From the NCBI GenBank assembly GCA_033762915.1, contig JANRLD010000113.1, positions 1 to 51,715 of the forward strand: DNA of 51,715 nt, in the 5' to 3' direction. The notes below the pieces were generated by a model. That model was not told the DNA's origin. It was given only the letters and a program-made list of their open reading frames with translations, and ran no database searches. The stretch is from Meiothermus sp. (GTDB lineage: Bacteria; Deinococcota; Deinococci; Deinococcales; Thermaceae). Shown piece by piece: positions 8,243 to 17,964 of this stretch (position 1 is the first letter of the stretch; the number at the start of each line of letters is the position of its first letter). The position numbers and the translations under genes were made by a program.

Positions 8243-10144
8243 TCAGTGCGGCAGTGGGTGGACGCGGTTGCGACCGGCCCGCTTGGCAGCATATAGCTCG
8301 GCGTCGGCGACGGCCAAGAGCTTCTCGTGGTGGGCCAGGTCGGGGTCGCCACAGAGGCCGAAGCTGACCGTGACCGTGAGGCCGGGGTGCAGGTCGGCCC
8401 AGGCATAGCCCTCGATCTGCTGACGGATGCGCTCGCAGGCAGTCCAGGCCCCCGCCGGGTCGGTCTGGGTGAGCACCAGGGCGAACTCCTCGCCGCCGTA
8501 GCGGGCCGCGAAGTCGGTGCCCCGGCAGCCCGCCGCGAGGATCACCGCCACCACCCGCAGCACGTCGTCGCCGACCGGGTGGGAGAAGCGGTCGTTGATC
8601 TGCTTGAAGTGATCTATATCCATCAGCGCCACCGTGAGCGGGTAGCGGTAGCGGCGGCTGGCAGCGAACTCGCGGGCCAAGTGCTCCTCGAGGTAGCGGC
8701 GGTTGTTGAGGCGGGTCAGGCTGTCCTGGCGGGCCAAGCGCTCGAGCTCGGCGCTGCGGCTGCGGAGCTCTTCCAGCAGGCGCGACTTGTCCACGTCGCT
8801 CTCGCGCAGCCGCTCGTTGGCCTGCTCGAGCTGCTCGATCACGGCGGCCAGCTCGAGGTTGCGCTGGTTGGCGTCCTCGGACTGCTGCCGGGCCTGCTCG
8901 AGGGCGAAGCTGGAGAGCAGCGAGGAGGTCTGGGCACTCTGCCGCTCCTGAAACTGGGTGCGCTCGAGTTCGACCGCGATCCTGAGGTGGCGCAGGGCCT
9001 CGGCGGGGTTGAAGGCCGACTCGTAGACCCTAGAGAGGGCCTGATGGGCTTCGAGCTTAAGCTGCCGCAGGCCCAGCCCCTCGGCGGCCCCCTGGGCCTG
9101 TTGCAGGGTCTCTACGGCCTCTGAGAGCTCGCCCAGCTGTTGGAGGGCCAGCCCCAGTTGCAGCAGCACCCGCCCCTCCCCCACCCGGCTACCGAGCTGC
9201 CGGTAGAGCTGGCGGCCCCGCCGCAGCCACTCCAGGGCCTGGGTGGGGTTACCCAGGATCACCTGGGTCTGCCCCAGCTGTTCCAAGGCCTTGGCCTGCA
9301 GGCCCTGCAAGCCGCGGGCCTGGGCCAGGTTGAGGGCCTCCTGCTGGCGGACCAGGGCCTGGTCGTGGCGGCCCAGGCGGCTGTAGGCGGTGCCCAGGTT
9401 GAGCAGCGCCCCCGCCTCGGCGCTGGCGTTGCCCCCCCGCTGGGCCAGCTCGAGGCTCTCCTCGTAGACCCGGATGGCCCCGCCGTACTCGCCCATCTCG
9501 AGGTAGAGCCGCCCCAGCAGGGTCAGGCCCTGCGACTGCTCGGCGTGGTCGGCCAACTCGCGTCGCAGGTTAAGGCCGCGCAGGGCGTACTTGGCGGCCT
9601 CGGGGTAGTTGCCGAAGGCCTCCTGGGCAGCGGCGATGCCCTCTACCAGGCTGGCCTCGAGCGAGCGCACCTGCATCCCGAAGCTGAGCGGGTCGTGGAT
9701 CACCAGCGGCCCGGTCTTGATCTGGGCCAGGATGCCCAGGGCCGACTGGCGGTACTCGAGGGCCTGCGGCAGGTCGTTCTGGGCCTGGGCGATTTGGGCC
9801 AGCGCACCCAGGGCCTGGGCCTCCCCCAGGGCGTAGCTGGCCCCGCGGGAGAGCCGCAGCGCCCCGTTCATGATCTCCCTGGCCTGCTCCAGCTCGCCCA
9901 GGCGCAGGTGGCAGTCGCCCCAGTCCAGCCAGGCCACCGCCTTCTGGAGGGGCTCGAGCTGCGGCGAGAACTCCAACACCGCAGTCTGGGCCACCTCGCG
10001 GGCACGCAGCAGGTCGGTTTTACAGAGGGTCAGGTATAGGCGGTGCAGCACCCCCAGCCGCTGGGGGTGACTGGTGCTCTGGGATAGCTGGGTCTCGAGG
10101 TCGGCGACAACGGCATTCACGGTGAGGTGAATTCTAGCAAACAA
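8243..10144 (-). CDS. TPR-repeat diguanylate cyclase
   Basis: Multiple TPR-like helices, coiled coil, DSLTRLNNRR, DIDHFKQINDRFSHPVGD, RYGGEEF; exact start uncertain. Confidence 0.88.
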   Translation of the reverse strand: MFARIHLTVNAVVADLETQLSQSTSHPQRLGVLHRLYLTLCKTDLLRAREVAQTAVLEFSPQLEPLQKAVAWLDWGDCHLRLGELEQAREIMNGALRLSRGASYALGEAQALGALAQIAQAQNDLPQALEYRQSALGILAQIKTGPLVIHDPLSFGMQVRSLEASLVEGIAAAQEAFGNYPEAAKYALRGLNLRRELADHAEQSQGLTLLGRLYLEMGEYGGAIRVYEESLELAQRGGNASAEAGALLNLGTAYSRLGRHDQALVRQQEALNLAQARGLQGLQAKALEQLGQTQVILGNPTQALEWLRRGRQLYRQLGSRVGEGRVLLQLGLALQQLGELSEAVETLQQAQGAAEGLGLRQLKLEAHQALSRVYESAFNPAEALRHLRIAVELERTQFQERQSAQTSSLLSSFALEQARQQSEDANQRNLELAAVIEQLEQANERLRESDVDKSRLLEELRSRSAELERLARQDSLTRLNNRRYLEEHLAREFAASRRYRYPLTVALMDIDHFKQINDRFSHPVGDDVLRVVAVILAAGCRGTDFAARYGGEEFALVLTQTDPAGAWTACERIRQQIEGYAWADLHPGLTVTVSFGLCGDPDLAHHEKLLAVADAELYAAKRAGRNRVHPLPH

Positions 10145-10384
10145 CCCTCACAATGTCCGGCCCGTAACGCCGGATTTAGGCATTACTTAATCAGCGAAGC
10201 CCGAATAGGGGTCCGGGGTCGGCGGAAAGGCCCCACTCCAGGCGAAACGCGGGCGTCCGAAGTTTGCCGTCCCTTTCCTGTGCGTTGGGGTTGGCCGCCT
10301 GCCGCTCGCTTTTCTCCGCTCCCATCCGTGAGCTTCCTTACACCTCGGCGTGGCGGTAGCGTTAGCCTACTCTTTGGAGAAGCC

Positions 10385-11278
10385 ATGGCCTGGTTAATGT
10401 CGAAATCCATCCCGGACGCCCCGCAGAAAGCCCTCGAGACGTGGCTGGGCGGCCTGGCCGAGCGGCTGTCCGACGCCTCGGTGAACCGCAACCATTTGGT
10501 GCGCGACGAACTGTCGCGCATCGTGTATGCCCGGGCCTACGACGAGCTGGCCGAGATTTCCCCCCTGAACGCCCTGGCCCTCGACCCCGAGAACGCCACC
10601 CTCGAGGCCGAGCACTACACCGCCACCGACCCCGCCAGGTTCGCCCAGGTTAAGCCGCTGCTGTGGTTCTGGAAGACCCTCGACCTGACCGCGCTGGGGC
10701 AGTCGGTACACTCGGGGGTGGCGGTTCGGCGGGCGCTGGCCCCGTTCATCTTCAAGCGGGTGGGCCGCAACCCCAAGTTCTTCCAGAACGTCGAGTTTAG
10801 CGTGGGGTACAACCTCGAGGTCGGCGACGACGTGGTGGTTCACCGCCACTGCCTGCTCGACGACATCGGCGGGCTGGTGATCGGCGACCGGGCCTCGGTC
10901 TCGGACTACGTGGACATCTACTCCCACACCCACCACGTGATGGCCTCACCCGACGTGACCCTTAAGCAGACCCTAATCGGTGCGGACGTGCGCATCACCA
11001 CCCGCAGCACCGTGCTGGCCGGAGTGGTGGTGGGCGACGACGCCATGATCGGCACCGGGGCCCTGGTCACCAAGGACGTCCCGCCCCACGCCATCGCGAT
11101 GGGCCGCCCGGCCAAGGTCATCAAGTGCAAGCTGCGCGACAACTGGCCCAAGCCCTACTTCTCCGAGACCTACGTCCGCCTCCCCGACCGCAAGGCCAAC
11201 CCCGACTACCCCGTCCACATCCCCCCGGCGTACGGGACGTGCGGGCCAGAGGAGTTGGAGCGGAAGAAGGTGAAGTAG
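10385..11278 (+). CDS. Left-handed beta-helix (hexapeptide repeat) acyltransferase
   Basis: Hexapeptide repeats and IGTGALVTKDVPPHAIAMGRPAKVIK; GGAG RBS. Confidence 0.85.
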   Translation: MAWLMSKSIPDAPQKALETWLGGLAERLSDASVNRNHLVRDELSRIVYARAYDELAEISPLNALALDPENATLEAEHYTATDPARFAQVKPLLWFWKTLDLTALGQSVHSGVAVRRALAPFIFKRVGRNPKFFQNVEFSVGYNLEVGDDVVVHRHCLLDDIGGLVIGDRASVSDYVDIYSHTHHVMASPDVTLKQTLIGADVRITTRSTVLAGVVVGDDAMIGTGALVTKDVPPHAIAMGRPAKVIKCKLRDNWPKPYFSETYVRLPDRKANPDYPVHIPPAYGTCGPEELERKKVK

Positions 11279-11440
11279 GCGGGGCAGGCAAGGTCAGAGG
11301 CGAGAGAGGGTACCGGGGAAGGAGCAAAGAGAACCCAACGGCATGAAACCAGCGGTCTTGCCTTCCTCTTTCCTCTCCTGTTCCCCGCCCCGTAACCCCC
11401 GCCCTACTCTCCACTAACCGTTGTGTGCCATCCTGACCGT

Positions 11441-12076
11441 ATGGCACGATGGCTAATGCTGGGGTGTTTCGGATTTCTGGTGGCGCTGGGGATCGCGGGG
11501 TGGGCAGCGTGGACGTTCATCGTGCGGCCCGCGCAGTCGCTGGTGAATCAGTTCCAGCAGGTGATCACGCTGGATCGCACGGTGCAAAACCAGCAGCCCT
11601 ACGCCGCACCCGCCAGCCGGCAGCTCACCCAGGCCCAGGTGCAGCGCTTCGTGCAGGTGCAGCGGAGCGTTAAGCGGCAGCTGGGTGAGCGCTTCAAGCG
11701 GATCGAGGCCCGGCTGAACCAGCTGGCCAACCAGCAGGTCGGGCAGCTCAGCCTCGACTACCGCACCGCGCTAGACCTGTTCACCGACTCCGGCACCCTG
11801 GTCGTGGACGCCAAGCGGATCCAGGTGGAGGCGGTCAACCGCGGACGCTTCTCGGCGGAGGAGTACGCCTGGGTGCGCGGCCAGGTCTACGCCGCGCTGG
11901 GCTACGGCGTCCCGAGCCTCAACCCCCAGGAGATTCTGCGCCAGATCGCGGGCCGCGACTTCAACACCACCGTCACCCTGCCCAAGCCCGACGCGCCCGC
12001 TGCCAACGTACGCTTGGTCGAGCCGTTCAGGAACGAGTTGGTTAGCTACTACCCGTTTACGTGGTTCGGTCTGTAG
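11441..12076 (+). CDS. Hypothetical membrane-anchored protein
   Basis: N-terminal hydrophobic helix, host-like codon usage. Confidence 0.7.
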   Translation: MARWLMLGCFGFLVALGIAGWAAWTFIVRPAQSLVNQFQQVITLDRTVQNQQPYAAPASRQLTQAQVQRFVQVQRSVKRQLGERFKRIEARLNQLANQQVGQLSLDYRTALDLFTDSGTLVVDAKRIQVEAVNRGRFSAEEYAWVRGQVYAALGYGVPSLNPQEILRQIAGRDFNTTVTLPKPDAPAANVRLVEPFRNELVSYYPFTWFGL

Positions 12077-12398
12077 GGTAAAGGCGGGAGAGCGGGAGAG
12101 GCCACCCCGGAAGGCCTGCGGGCCGTTGGGCCCGTGCCGCTTCCGTCGCTTAGGTTGTGTGGCCGGGTTGGTTTCGATAACCTCAGCCAACCCCTTTAGG
12201 GTCATCCGATCGCCGGCATGGCCTTAAGGGTTCGGCGGTCAGCAACGTCAACGGCGACCCCCGGACGCTGCGGAGTCGCCTGCTCTTTTCCCAGTTGGGC
12301 CGCGCCTTTCGGCCCCTGCAATGGCGGGCACGGCGTAGCGGGGCGCTGAGAAATGGGCGCCCGGCAATACCGGGGGTCTTCTTTTTGTTGCCTTTACC
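12077..12398 (+). other. Candidate structured RNA or palindromic element between convergent genes
   Basis: GGTAAAGGC (12077-12085) pairs with GCCTTTACC (12390-12398); CCCCGG/CCGGGG inner closure; at least 5 internal hairpins. Confidence 0.35.
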
Positions 12399-12413
12399 TG
12401 CCCCTCGCCGCCC

Positions 12414-13151
12414 TCACCGCACCACCCCCACCATCGGTCCGAGTGCGAAGAGGCGGTGGTGGGTGTTGCTCGAGGGGTCGTACAAAGACGAGATCGAGCC
12501 ATCGAGGTAGAGTGCGTCGCGGGCCCGCAGGGCGTCGCGGAAGAAGCGGGCGAAGTCGTAGAAGTTGACCGCGTTTTCCGAGATCACGAAGACGGCGGTG
12601 TGGGCGTTCACCATGCCCACGCCGTTGCGGATTTTTAGCGAGTCGCTCCGGGGGTTAAAGCGGGGGTGGATACGCCCGCCGATCACCAGCATGGGGCCGG
12701 ACTGGGTGGCGTACTGGGCGGCGGGGCGCAGGCGGGCGAACGCGCCCGACTCCATCACCCCGCCGCTGCTGCCGGCCCAGTAGAAGACCCCGTTGGGCTT
12801 CAGGTGGAAGTTGCCGGGGCCGCCCCCGAGCACCAGGCGGCGCAGGGTCTGGCCGCGCTCGAGGTACAGCCCCACCGGGCGCAGGTCGTCGTGGAACATC
12901 CCGGCGTTCATGGCGAAGAGCAGGCGCTGTCCCCCGGCCTGAAGGTCCTCGGCGACCTGCTTGAAGGAGCCGTAGGGCTGGCCTCGAGCGTCCTTCCAGA
13001 ACAGGCGGAGCCGGCTGGTTCGCAGGTCCACCGTGCAAACCGTGTAGCGGTTGAGCGCCGCAGCAGGGCCAGCAGCGTGGGTTTGAACTTTACAGGTCTG
13101 GGCAAAGGCCGAACCGGCCAGCACGAGCAAGCCCAACAAGAGGCGGCGCAT
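12414..13151 (-). CDS. Phosphodiester glycosidase (NAGPA/YigE-like) family protein, secreted
   Basis: Signal peptide, FAMNAGMF, NFHLKPNGVF, TQSGPML, ALYLDG. Confidence 0.85.
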   Translation of the reverse strand: MRRLLLGLLVLAGSAFAQTCKVQTHAAGPAAALNRYTVCTVDLRTSRLRLFWKDARGQPYGSFKQVAEDLQAGGQRLLFAMNAGMFHDDLRPVGLYLERGQTLRRLVLGGGPGNFHLKPNGVFYWAGSSGGVMESGAFARLRPAAQYATQSGPMLVIGGRIHPRFNPRSDSLKIRNGVGMVNAHTAVFVISENAVNFYDFARFFRDALRARDALYLDGSISSLYDPSSNTHHRLFALGPMVGVVR

Positions 13152-13205
13152 TGCACCGATTGTAGAGGGTCGGCCCCGCGACCTGCGACCCCCGACCCTC
13201 TGCCC

Positions 13206-14066
13206 TCAGCGCGCCGGCCGCGCGACCCAGGCCCCAGCGAACAGCAGCGCGGCCCCCAGCACAAATAACCACCCCAGCGGCTCGCCCAGCAGCGCCCAGC
13301 CCAGCAGAGCACCCACCGCCGGCTGGGCGAAGAAGGCCAGCCCGCTCAGCACCGAGCCCGCTTGCGCCACCGAGTACACCCACAGCGCGAAGGCCACGGC
13401 GGTGGAGACGACACCCAGGTACAACACCCCCAGCACCGTCCCCAGGCCGATCTCCCCCACCGGCTGGCGGGCCAGCTCGCCCGGCACCAAGGCCAGCAGC
13501 ACCACCCCGCCCACCAAGCTGGCCCAGGCCGTGAGCAAAGCCGGGTCATAGCGGCGCACCCCTTGCCCCCCGATCAGGCCCAAGACACCCCAGGTGACGG
13601 CGGCCAATAGCAGCCACAGGATGCCCGCCAGGCTGGCACCGCCGCTGCCGGAGAGCACCCAGACCCCCAGCATCGCCACCCCAAGCCCGGCCCAAGCCGT
13701 GAGGGGCACCCTCTCGAGGCCCAGCAGCGCCGCCAGCGCCACCGTGACCAGCGGCGCAGCGGTGGTGATGAGTGAGCCCAGGGCCGCGCCCGCCAGGTCG
13801 GTGCCGATAAACTGGGCGCTGATGGAGAGCGCGTAGCCCACCAAACCCATCGCCAGCACAGTTCCCCAGGCTGCCCTGGGCAGCCGCCAGTCCCGCCCCA
13901 GCAAGGCCAGGTAGACCAAAATCGCCACGAAGGCGATGAACATACGCACCGAGACCAGCGTGAGCGGCGGGATGACCTCCAAAACCACCTTGGAGATCAC
14001 GTACATCCCGCCCCAGATGGCCGAGGCAACGATTCCGGCGACAACACCTTTCTGCACCGTGGTCAT
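13206..14066 (-). CDS. EamA/DMT family transporter
   Basis: About 10 hydrophobic helices, IWGG, LYLGVVSTAVAF, LLGEPL. Confidence 0.88.
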   Translation of the reverse strand: MTTVQKGVVAGIVASAIWGGMYVISKVVLEVIPPLTLVSVRMFIAFVAILVYLALLGRDWRLPRAAWGTVLAMGLVGYALSISAQFIGTDLAGAALGSLITTAAPLVTVALAALLGLERVPLTAWAGLGVAMLGVWVLSGSGGASLAGILWLLLAAVTWGVLGLIGGQGVRRYDPALLTAWASLVGGVVLLALVPGELARQPVGEIGLGTVLGVLYLGVVSTAVAFALWVYSVAQAGSVLSGLAFFAQPAVGALLGWALLGEPLGWLFVLGAALLFAGAWVARPAR

Positions 14067-14126
14067 AAAAGCCGGAACACTCTACAACACACCGACCCGC
14101 TCGAGGCCACCGGTATAATCGCGGTC

Positions 14127-14519
14127 ATGATCTCCGGAGCGGACCTCGAGCTGCTGCGGCAGGCCGAGCAGGTCGCTGCCGTGCTGGAGGGCGAGCGCCA
14201 CACCGTCGCCGCCGCGGTCCGCGACCACCGGGGGCGGGTGTATACCGGCGTGAACCTCTACCACTTCACCGGCGGCCCCTGCGCCGAGCCGGTCGCACTG
14301 GCGGTAGCGGCAGCCAACAACGCAGGAACACTCGAGCTGATTGTGGCCGTGGGGAACCGGGGCCGCGGGGTGCTGGCCCCCTGCGGGCGCTGCCGACAGA
14401 TCCTCTTCGACTACTTCCCCGATATCGAGGTGCTGGTGCAGGGCAACGGCGAGGTCAGGCGGGTCGGCATCCGCGAGCTGCTGCCCTACACCTACGACTG
14501 GGGCGCTCAGCAGCACTAA
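14127..14519 (+). CDS. Cytidine deaminase-like protein
   Basis: CAE and PCGRCRQ Zn motifs, ELLP; TATAAT at 14114-14119 lies 7 nt before the ATG. Confidence 0.87.
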   Translation: MISGADLELLRQAEQVAAVLEGERHTVAAAVRDHRGRVYTGVNLYHFTGGPCAEPVALAVAAANNAGTLELIVAVGNRGRGVLAPCGRCRQILFDYFPDIEVLVQGNGEVRRVGIRELLPYTYDWGAQQH

Positions 14520-14533
14520 GCGTCTGCACAATG

Positions 14534-14558
14534 AAAAAAGGCGGGCAACCCCGCCTTT
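14534..14558 (-). terminator. Intrinsic terminator for crp (possibly bidirectional)
   Basis: AAAGGCGGG-caac-CCCGCCTTT hairpin with A tract on + strand. Confidence 0.75.
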
Positions 14559-14585
14559 GGCTCTCCATGTTCGACCCTCGTCTGC

Positions 14586-15263
14586 TCAACGCAGTCCGAA
14601 GAGTACTTCTTCCAGCCCTGCTGAGTCCAGAATCTCCACGAAGCCCGAGCCGACCTTGACCAGTTCCTCCTCGCGCAGGGCGTGGAGTACGCGGGTCACC
14701 GTCTCACGGCTGGTGCCGGAGAGCTGGGCCAGTTCCTGATGGGTGAGCTTCATCTTGATGCCGTCACCGTAGCGCTGCTTGCGGAGCTTGGTCAGGGCGT
14801 AGGCTACACGGCCACGGGCCTCCTCGAAGCTGAGGACCTCGAGCTCGAGGTCGGCCTCGCGCAGGCGACGGGCCAGAATTGTGGCCAGATTGTGCAGGAT
14901 TTCCGGCCACTTGCGCACCAGGCTCCAGTAGGCGTCCTGGTAGAGCACCAGCAGCGTCGAGTCCACGGTGGTCTCAGCGGAGGCGCTGCGGGGCTGGTCG
15001 TCGAGGAGGCTCATCTCGCCGAAAACCTCGCCCTGGCCCAGGTAGGCAAACATGCGCTCGCGCCCGTCGAGGTAGGTGCGGTAGATGCGCACCTGGCCGC
15101 TCTGCACAACATAGAGGGCGGCCCCCATGTCGCCTGCCTCGAAGATCTGCTTGCCTGCGGGATAGGTGCGGGTGACGAAGGACTCCTTCGCCACCTCGAG
15201 GGCCTGCGGTGGCACACTCTGGAATAGCGGAGTCTTGGTCAAAACCTGAATGTCGGCGAGCAT
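14586..15263 (-). CDS. crp: CRP/FNR family transcriptional regulator, Thermus CRP-like
   Basis: cNMP domain FGEMSLLD..RSASA, RRLREADLEL..LSFEEAR.RVAYAL, HTH GTSRETVTR. Confidence 0.85.
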   Translation of the reverse strand: MLADIQVLTKTPLFQSVPPQALEVAKESFVTRTYPAGKQIFEAGDMGAALYVVQSGQVRIYRTYLDGRERMFAYLGQGEVFGEMSLLDDQPRSASAETTVDSTLLVLYQDAYWSLVRKWPEILHNLATILARRLREADLELEVLSFEEARGRVAYALTKLRKQRYGDGIKMKLTHQELAQLSGTSRETVTRVLHALREEELVKVGSGFVEILDSAGLEEVLFGLR

Positions 15264-15325
15264 CAGTTACACTCTAAGTCACGGCATGTCTACCTGTAAA
15301 TACGCTAACGCTACCATTCCAGACT

Positions 15326-15988
15326 ATGGAGCCGCTTTTGAACGCCCCTGATACGGCTTCTGCGGTGCTCGAGGTGCGGGGGCTGGGCTTCGGGTACGGC
15401 GAGGTGGAGCTGTTCCAAGATCTGAGTTTTAGCCTCCGGCAGGGCGAGGTACGGGTCTTTCTGGGGCCGTCGGGCAGCGGCAAGACCACCCTACTGCACC
15501 TGCTGGCCGGGCTGCTGGCCCTGCAAAAAGGCGAGGTCTACTGGTCGGGCCGCCCCATCCGCGGCCTGGGCGAGGAGACCCTGGCGCGCGCGCGCCTGAC
15601 CTACACTGGGCTGGTCTTCCAGCACCACTACCTGCAGGCCGAGCTGACCGCCCTCGAGAACGTCCTGGTGCCCGGCTACCTGGCCGACAAGGTGGACAGC
15701 GACTGGGGCCGGGAGTTGCTCGAGCAGGTGGGCCTGTCGGGGCGCGCCCATCTGCTCCCCAAGGCCCTGTCGGGCGGCGAGCGGCAGCGGGTTGCGGTGG
15801 CGAGGGCGCTCTACAACCGACCCAAGCTCTTGATCGCCGACGAGCCCACCGGCAGCCTCGACCGCCGCAACGCTGAAAAGGTGATGGGGCTGATGCTCGG
15901 GGCAGCCGCCGCCCTGGGAACCGCCGCCATCGTCGCCACGCACGACGAACACCTGGTAGCAGGGCTACCCGAACTGCGCCTGGGTTGA
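15326..15988 (+). CDS. ABC transporter ATP-binding protein (LolD-like)
   Basis: GPSGSGKT, LSGGERQRVAVAR, ADEPTGSLD, ATHD. Confidence 0.9.
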   Translation: MEPLLNAPDTASAVLEVRGLGFGYGEVELFQDLSFSLRQGEVRVFLGPSGSGKTTLLHLLAGLLALQKGEVYWSGRPIRGLGEETLARARLTYTGLVFQHHYLQAELTALENVLVPGYLADKVDSDWGRELLEQVGLSGRAHLLPKALSGGERQRVAVARALYNRPKLLIADEPTGSLDRRNAEKVMGLMLGAAAALGTAAIVATHDEHLVAGLPELRLG

Positions 15989-16198
15989 GCGCTGCCCGGT
16001 AAAATCCGGTCTCGCCCTGAGGGAGCGCAGGGTACTTGTGCCGGGTCGGGGTGGGGGAAACCTGAAGCGACCAGACCGCCCATGAGTCTGTGAGTCTGTA
16101 AGTTCGCCGTTGCGCTTTGGGGGCGGCAGGCCAGTCTTGGCCGCTTTTGGCCCGCAGCTTCCCGCTCCCCGCCTCGCGCCTTTCCCGTAAACTGTCGT

Positions 16199-17317
16199 GT
16201 GCGAATCGGGATACTGGGCGGGGGGCAACTGGGGCGGATGATGGGGCTGGCGGGCCTCGAGATGGGCCTCGAGTTCCACTTCTACGACACGGCGGCGGAC
16301 GCGGTAGCAGGGCAGGTCGCACCCCTGACAGTGGGGGCCTACAACGACTGGGAGAAGCTGCAGGCCTTTGCTGCAGGCTGCAGACTGGTCACCTACGAGT
16401 TCGAGAACGTGCCCTTGGAGACGGCGCAGTTTTTGCGGCAGCAGGGAGCCGAGGTTTTCCCGCCCCCGCTGGCCCTCGAGGTGGCCCAGGATCGGGTGGT
16501 GGAGAAGACCTTCTTGCAGGGCCTGGGGATCCCGGTGCCGCTGTTCCATGCGGTGCTGACCAAGAACGACCTGCTCGAGGGCCTCGAGCGCACCGGCTAC
16601 CCTGCCGTGCTCAAGACCCGCAGGCTGGGCTACGATGGCAAGGGGCAAGCGCTGATCGGCGGCCCCGGCGAGACCGAGCGCGCCTGGGAGGAGTTGGGCG
16701 GGCAGCCTTTGATCCTCGAGGCCTTCGTCGCTTTCGAGCGCGAGGTCTCGCTGATCGCGGCGCGGGGCCGGGGCGGGCAGACCGCCTTCTACCCGCTCAC
16801 CGAAAACTGGCACCGCGGCGGCATACTGCGACAGTCGGAAGCCCGGCCGGTGGGCCTCGAGGGACTCTTCGCCGAGGCCTGCGGATACGCAACCCGGCTG
16901 CTGGAGCGGCTGGAGTACGTGGGCGTTTTGGCGATCGAGTTCTTTGTGGTCGGCGGCGCCGGGTCGCCGGCGGGGACCCGGCTGGTCGCCAACGAGATCG
17001 CCCCTAGGGTGCACAACTCCGGCCACTGGACGCAGAACGGGGCCGGCACCAGCCAGTTCGAGAACCATCTGCGGGCCGTTCTGGGCTGGCCGCTGGGTTC
17101 GACCGGCGCGCGCGGACAAGCCGCCATGCTCAACCTGATCGGGGTTCAGCCCAGCCCGACACAGGTCTTGCAGATCGAGGGCGCCCACCATCACTGGTAC
17201 GGCAAGGCGGTACGGGCGGGGCGCAAGGTGGGGCACGTCAACATAACGGCGGACTCGCCCCAGCAGTTGCAGGAGCGGGTTGGGCGGGTGAAGGCGCTTC
17301 TGGAGAGCTTGGCGTAA
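16199..17317 (+). CDS. purK: N5-carboxyaminoimidazole ribonucleotide synthase
   Basis: IGILGGGQLGRM, TYEFENVP, GYDGKGQ, NEIAPRVHNSGH, RKVGH. Confidence 0.95.
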   Translation: MRIGILGGGQLGRMMGLAGLEMGLEFHFYDTAADAVAGQVAPLTVGAYNDWEKLQAFAAGCRLVTYEFENVPLETAQFLRQQGAEVFPPPLALEVAQDRVVEKTFLQGLGIPVPLFHAVLTKNDLLEGLERTGYPAVLKTRRLGYDGKGQALIGGPGETERAWEELGGQPLILEAFVAFEREVSLIAARGRGGQTAFYPLTENWHRGGILRQSEARPVGLEGLFAEACGYATRLLERLEYVGVLAIEFFVVGGAGSPAGTRLVANEIAPRVHNSGHWTQNGAGTSQFENHLRAVLGWPLGSTGARGQAAMLNLIGVQPSPTQVLQIEGAHHHWYGKAVRAGRKVGHVNITADSPQQLQERVGRVKALLESLA

Positions 17318-17344
17318 AAAACTCTCCCCTGGGCGGAGGTTGGG

Positions 17345-17530
17345 TTAGGGCTCGCCCCGTTCTTGCCGAAACCGCTCCAGCCAGGCCATAACCGCCTCGA
17401 GGGTGTCACCCTCCACCTCCTCCCCCGACTGAATGTGTTGAACCTGGTAACGAACCCCGCCCTTACGCTGGGTTCGAAGGCGGATCAGGAAACTGGTCGG
17501 TTGATTGGGCGGACGCCGGTCTTTGTCCAT
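17345..17530 (-). CDS. Small hypothetical protein (61 aa) divergent from SARP/STAND regulator
   Basis: Strong AGGAGAGGGG RBS; SFLIRL...YQVQHIQSGE...LEAVMAWLE; preceded by direct-repeat promoter. Confidence 0.65.
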   Translation of the reverse strand: MDKDRRPPNQPTSFLIRLRTQRKGGVRYQVQHIQSGEEVEGDTLEAVMAWLERFRQERGEP

Positions 17531-17551
17531 AGGCCCCTCTCCTGAGTGGTC

Positions 17552-17596
17552 ATGATGCCAAGGCTCACTTACTCACCACTTATCGGCTCTTATCGG
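17552..17596 (-). promoter_or_regulatory. Putative SARP-type triple direct-repeat promoter
   Basis: Minus strand ccGATAAGagccGATAAGtggtGAGTAAG-N10-CATCAT; TAAG cores spaced 10 and 11 bp. Confidence 0.55.
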
Positions 17597-17964
17597 CGGC
17601 ACGGTGCGGGAAGGGCGGGCCGCAGCTTACAGCGGGTTTCGGTTCAGGCTCTACAAAAACCTTGGGGCTGAAGTTTGTTCCCCGCCGCTCTTTCGGGGTA
17701 CGGTGTTGCGGGAATCAGGTTGCGAAACGACCTAAGGGTCTGCGCGGCTGAAGGGCGGGATGCCGCCCCGAAACGTCTGCAGGGAATTGCCCCGGTGCGC
17801 CCGGGCAGTTGCCATTCCTGCCCGACCCGCAGGCCCAATCCGGCACTTACGGGGGTCTCACGCCGAGGGCCACAAGCTGTATCCTTTTTTTGGTCACTTT
17901 CGAAAATCGTGGCGCGATGAGCCGAGCCCCAGCCAACGTCCTGTGTCGAAGCACTGTAATCTCT

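Noticed and set aside
15989..16198. purE expected upstream of purK
   Set aside because: No PurE-like ORF in this 210-bp gap; purK appears to have its own -10 and purE is presumably elsewhere.
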